From positions 72,602,001 through 72,666,000 of the forward strand of contig OZ360222.1 of NCBI GenBank assembly GCA_977017645.1: 64,000 nucleotides of DNA. The letters run 5' to 3'. Positions 62,153-64,000 of this stretch are shown one piece after another. Under the pieces are notes generated by a model that did not search any database, was not told where the DNA came from, and was given only the letters and a program-made list of their open reading frames with translations. The position numbers and the translations under genes are program-made. This DNA comes from Torpedo marmorata (Eukaryota). Numbering within the stretch: position 1 is the first letter of the stretch; the number at the start of each line of letters is the position of its first letter.

Positions 62153-63870
62153 AATGGATGTAGAAAATTTTTTTGGAATCACCTGAACCTGATACTTTAA
62201 AAAAGGCTAAAAAGGAACAGTTAGTGGCTATAGCAACAGAGTTGGGCATTGCTTCTGTAAAACCATCAATGAAAAAGGCAGAGATTGGGAAAAAAATTGT
62301 CAAATACTATATAAAAGGAAAAAAGTGTGAGGAGAGCGTGTTAGAGCAGTTTCCCAAGGGTAAATCTTCTGAAAACACACAGTTGTAACTAAAAAAATTG
62401 GAATTGAAACAAAATAGATTAGACTTGGATGTAGCCAGGGAACAAAATAAATTAGACAGGGAATTGGAACAAAATAGATTAGACTTGGAGGCAGACAGAG
62501 AACAAAAGAGATTAGAGAACGAGGAGAAAATTAGGCAATATGAGCTGGAAAAGATTAAATTGGAAAGTGAGAGGAGACAAGAAGAGCACCAAGATCAAAT
62601 TTGTCATCCTGTTGAGAGGTTTTTGGCCAGTAGAGAAGTTAGGTTGGTTCCTCCATTTGAGGAGGCAGAAATAGATAAGCACTTCCAACATTTTGAGAAG
62701 GTGGCTGTGAAATTAAAATGGCCACAAGACCAATAGTCTCTTATGTTACAAAGTGTAATAAAAGGAAAAGCTCAGCAAGCTTATTCTACTCTTACCACGG
62801 AGCAAGCTGTTGATTATGAAACGGTGAAGAAGGCTATACTCCAGGCTTATGAGTTAGTTCCAGAGGCTTATAGACAGAAGCTTAGAAATTTAAAAAGATC
62901 AGCAACCCAATCTTACACAGAGTTTGCCTATGAAAAGGTTGTGTGTTTTGACTGGTGGTGCACATCTAAAGCGGTAAACAATGATTACAATCAATTGAGA
63001 GAATTGATAATAATTGAAGAGATAAAAAGGTGTGTTCCTAAGGATATTAAGGCATACTAAGATGAAAAGGAGGTGAAAACCTGGCAAAATTCAGCTAAGT
63101 TAGCAGATGAATATGCTTTAACCCACAAGCCGTAGTGGACGTCAGGCAGAATTTTCCAAAAGGTCACTGTGGATAATCCCAAACAAGTGGAAAGTAAATT
63201 TGGAAGTGGTGTTAAGGAAAGAGATGAAGGAAAGTGGAAAAGGGAAAACCCTTCGGGTCCCATTTGCCACTACTGTAGGAAGGCTGGTCATATGCTAGCA
63301 AGCTGTCCAGTGTTGAAAAAGAAGAGAGAAAGGGATGCAACACCTAATGCTTGTATTCAGAGTGAGAAGAGGCATAACACCCAGGAAGGAGAAAAAGTTA
63401 CTGACAAAGTTAAGGATGTATTTAAACCTTTTGTGACTGATGGTTTTGTTTCAGTTAAGGCAGGATCAAAACAAGTTCCAGTGAAAATCTTGCGAGATAC
63501 TGGAGCTGCTCAGTCACTTGTGTTAGATAGTGTCTTGGAATTTTGTGAAGCTACTGACACCGGTGAAATGAATTTAATTAAAGGAATTGGGGGTGATGTT
63601 GAGTCCATTCCTTTGCACAAAATAGTGTTGGACTCAGTCTTGGTGGAAGGACCTGTTATAATAGGAGTGAGATCAGAGTTGCCAGTAGAAGGAGTCTCAC
63701 TGTTGCTAGGCAATGACTTGGCTGAGGGTAAAGTAGTTCCTGCAGTGCGAATGACCACTAAGCCAGTCATTGATAAGTCAGAGAAGGACTCTGATATTTA
63801 TCCGGCATGTGCCATAACCAGGGCCATGTCTAAGAAAAATGTCATTGTAGAGAAGGCAGTGGAAAATTAA
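62153..63870 (+). pseudogene. gag: gag-protease with in-frame stops
   Basis: RLVPPFEEAEIDKHFQHFEKVA...W; AYELVPEAYRQKLRNL (SCAN-like); CHYCRKAGHMLASC; LRDTGA; LLLGNDL. Confidence 0.88.
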
Positions 63871-64000
63871 TTGGTGAAAGAAAAAGTCAGTGATAATCAA
63901 GAACACCTGGAAAAGGTTGAGCAATCTCCTGTGTTACACCCATCCACTGATAAGACACCTAAAGGCACAGATTTGTCACTATCCCGACAGGAGCTAATAG

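Larger units (their letters stand above)
61105..64000 (+). mobile_element. Ty3/Gypsy LTR retrotransposon, Gmr1-like, 5' part
   Basis: 5' LTR at 61105-62022 (TGTTA...TAACA, AATAAA at ~61951), tRNA-Pro PBS, gag with SCAN-like domain and CCHC, protease ILRDTGAAQS. Confidence 0.9.

Noticed and set aside
62398-62520. Tandem ELxQNRLDL repeats as an array
   Set aside because: This is a two-unit coiled-coil duplication within gag and is ordinary.
1-64000. Prokaryotic systems (CRISPR arrays, operons, defence islands)
   Set aside because: The sequence is vertebrate-type repeat-rich DNA with no regularly spaced repeat-spacer array and no dense intact genes.

Overview
This is eukaryotic, repeat-saturated intergenic or intronic DNA. 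The CR1, Penelope and tRNA-SINE families look like those of cartilaginous fishes, but that organism call is an inference. No host protein-coding gene can be supported; the long ORFs that can be recognised belong to decayed retroelements. The window holds three Ty3/Gypsy elements (Mag-like, CsRn1-like, and a Gmr1-like element with a SCAN-like gag running off the right edge) and two solo LTRs. It also holds a full-length L1, two 5'-inverted L1s with target-site duplications (TSDs), several Rex1/Babar, CR1, RTE and Penelope copies, SINEs, and hAT and Tc1/Tigger-type non-autonomous DNA elements, often nested 3-4 deep. The most notable observations are: (1) a Mag-like LTR element whose primer-binding site (PBS) is complementary to its own LTR rather than to a tRNA, suggesting self-priming; (2) twin-priming-type 5' inversions in non-mammalian L1s; (3) minimal hammerhead-like motifs in Penelope pseudo-LTRs; (4) a tRNA-Pro PBS extended to 23 nt; and (5) a recurrent non-autonomous bipartite retroelement family. 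Coordinates were read by eye. Boundaries without TSDs are approximate.
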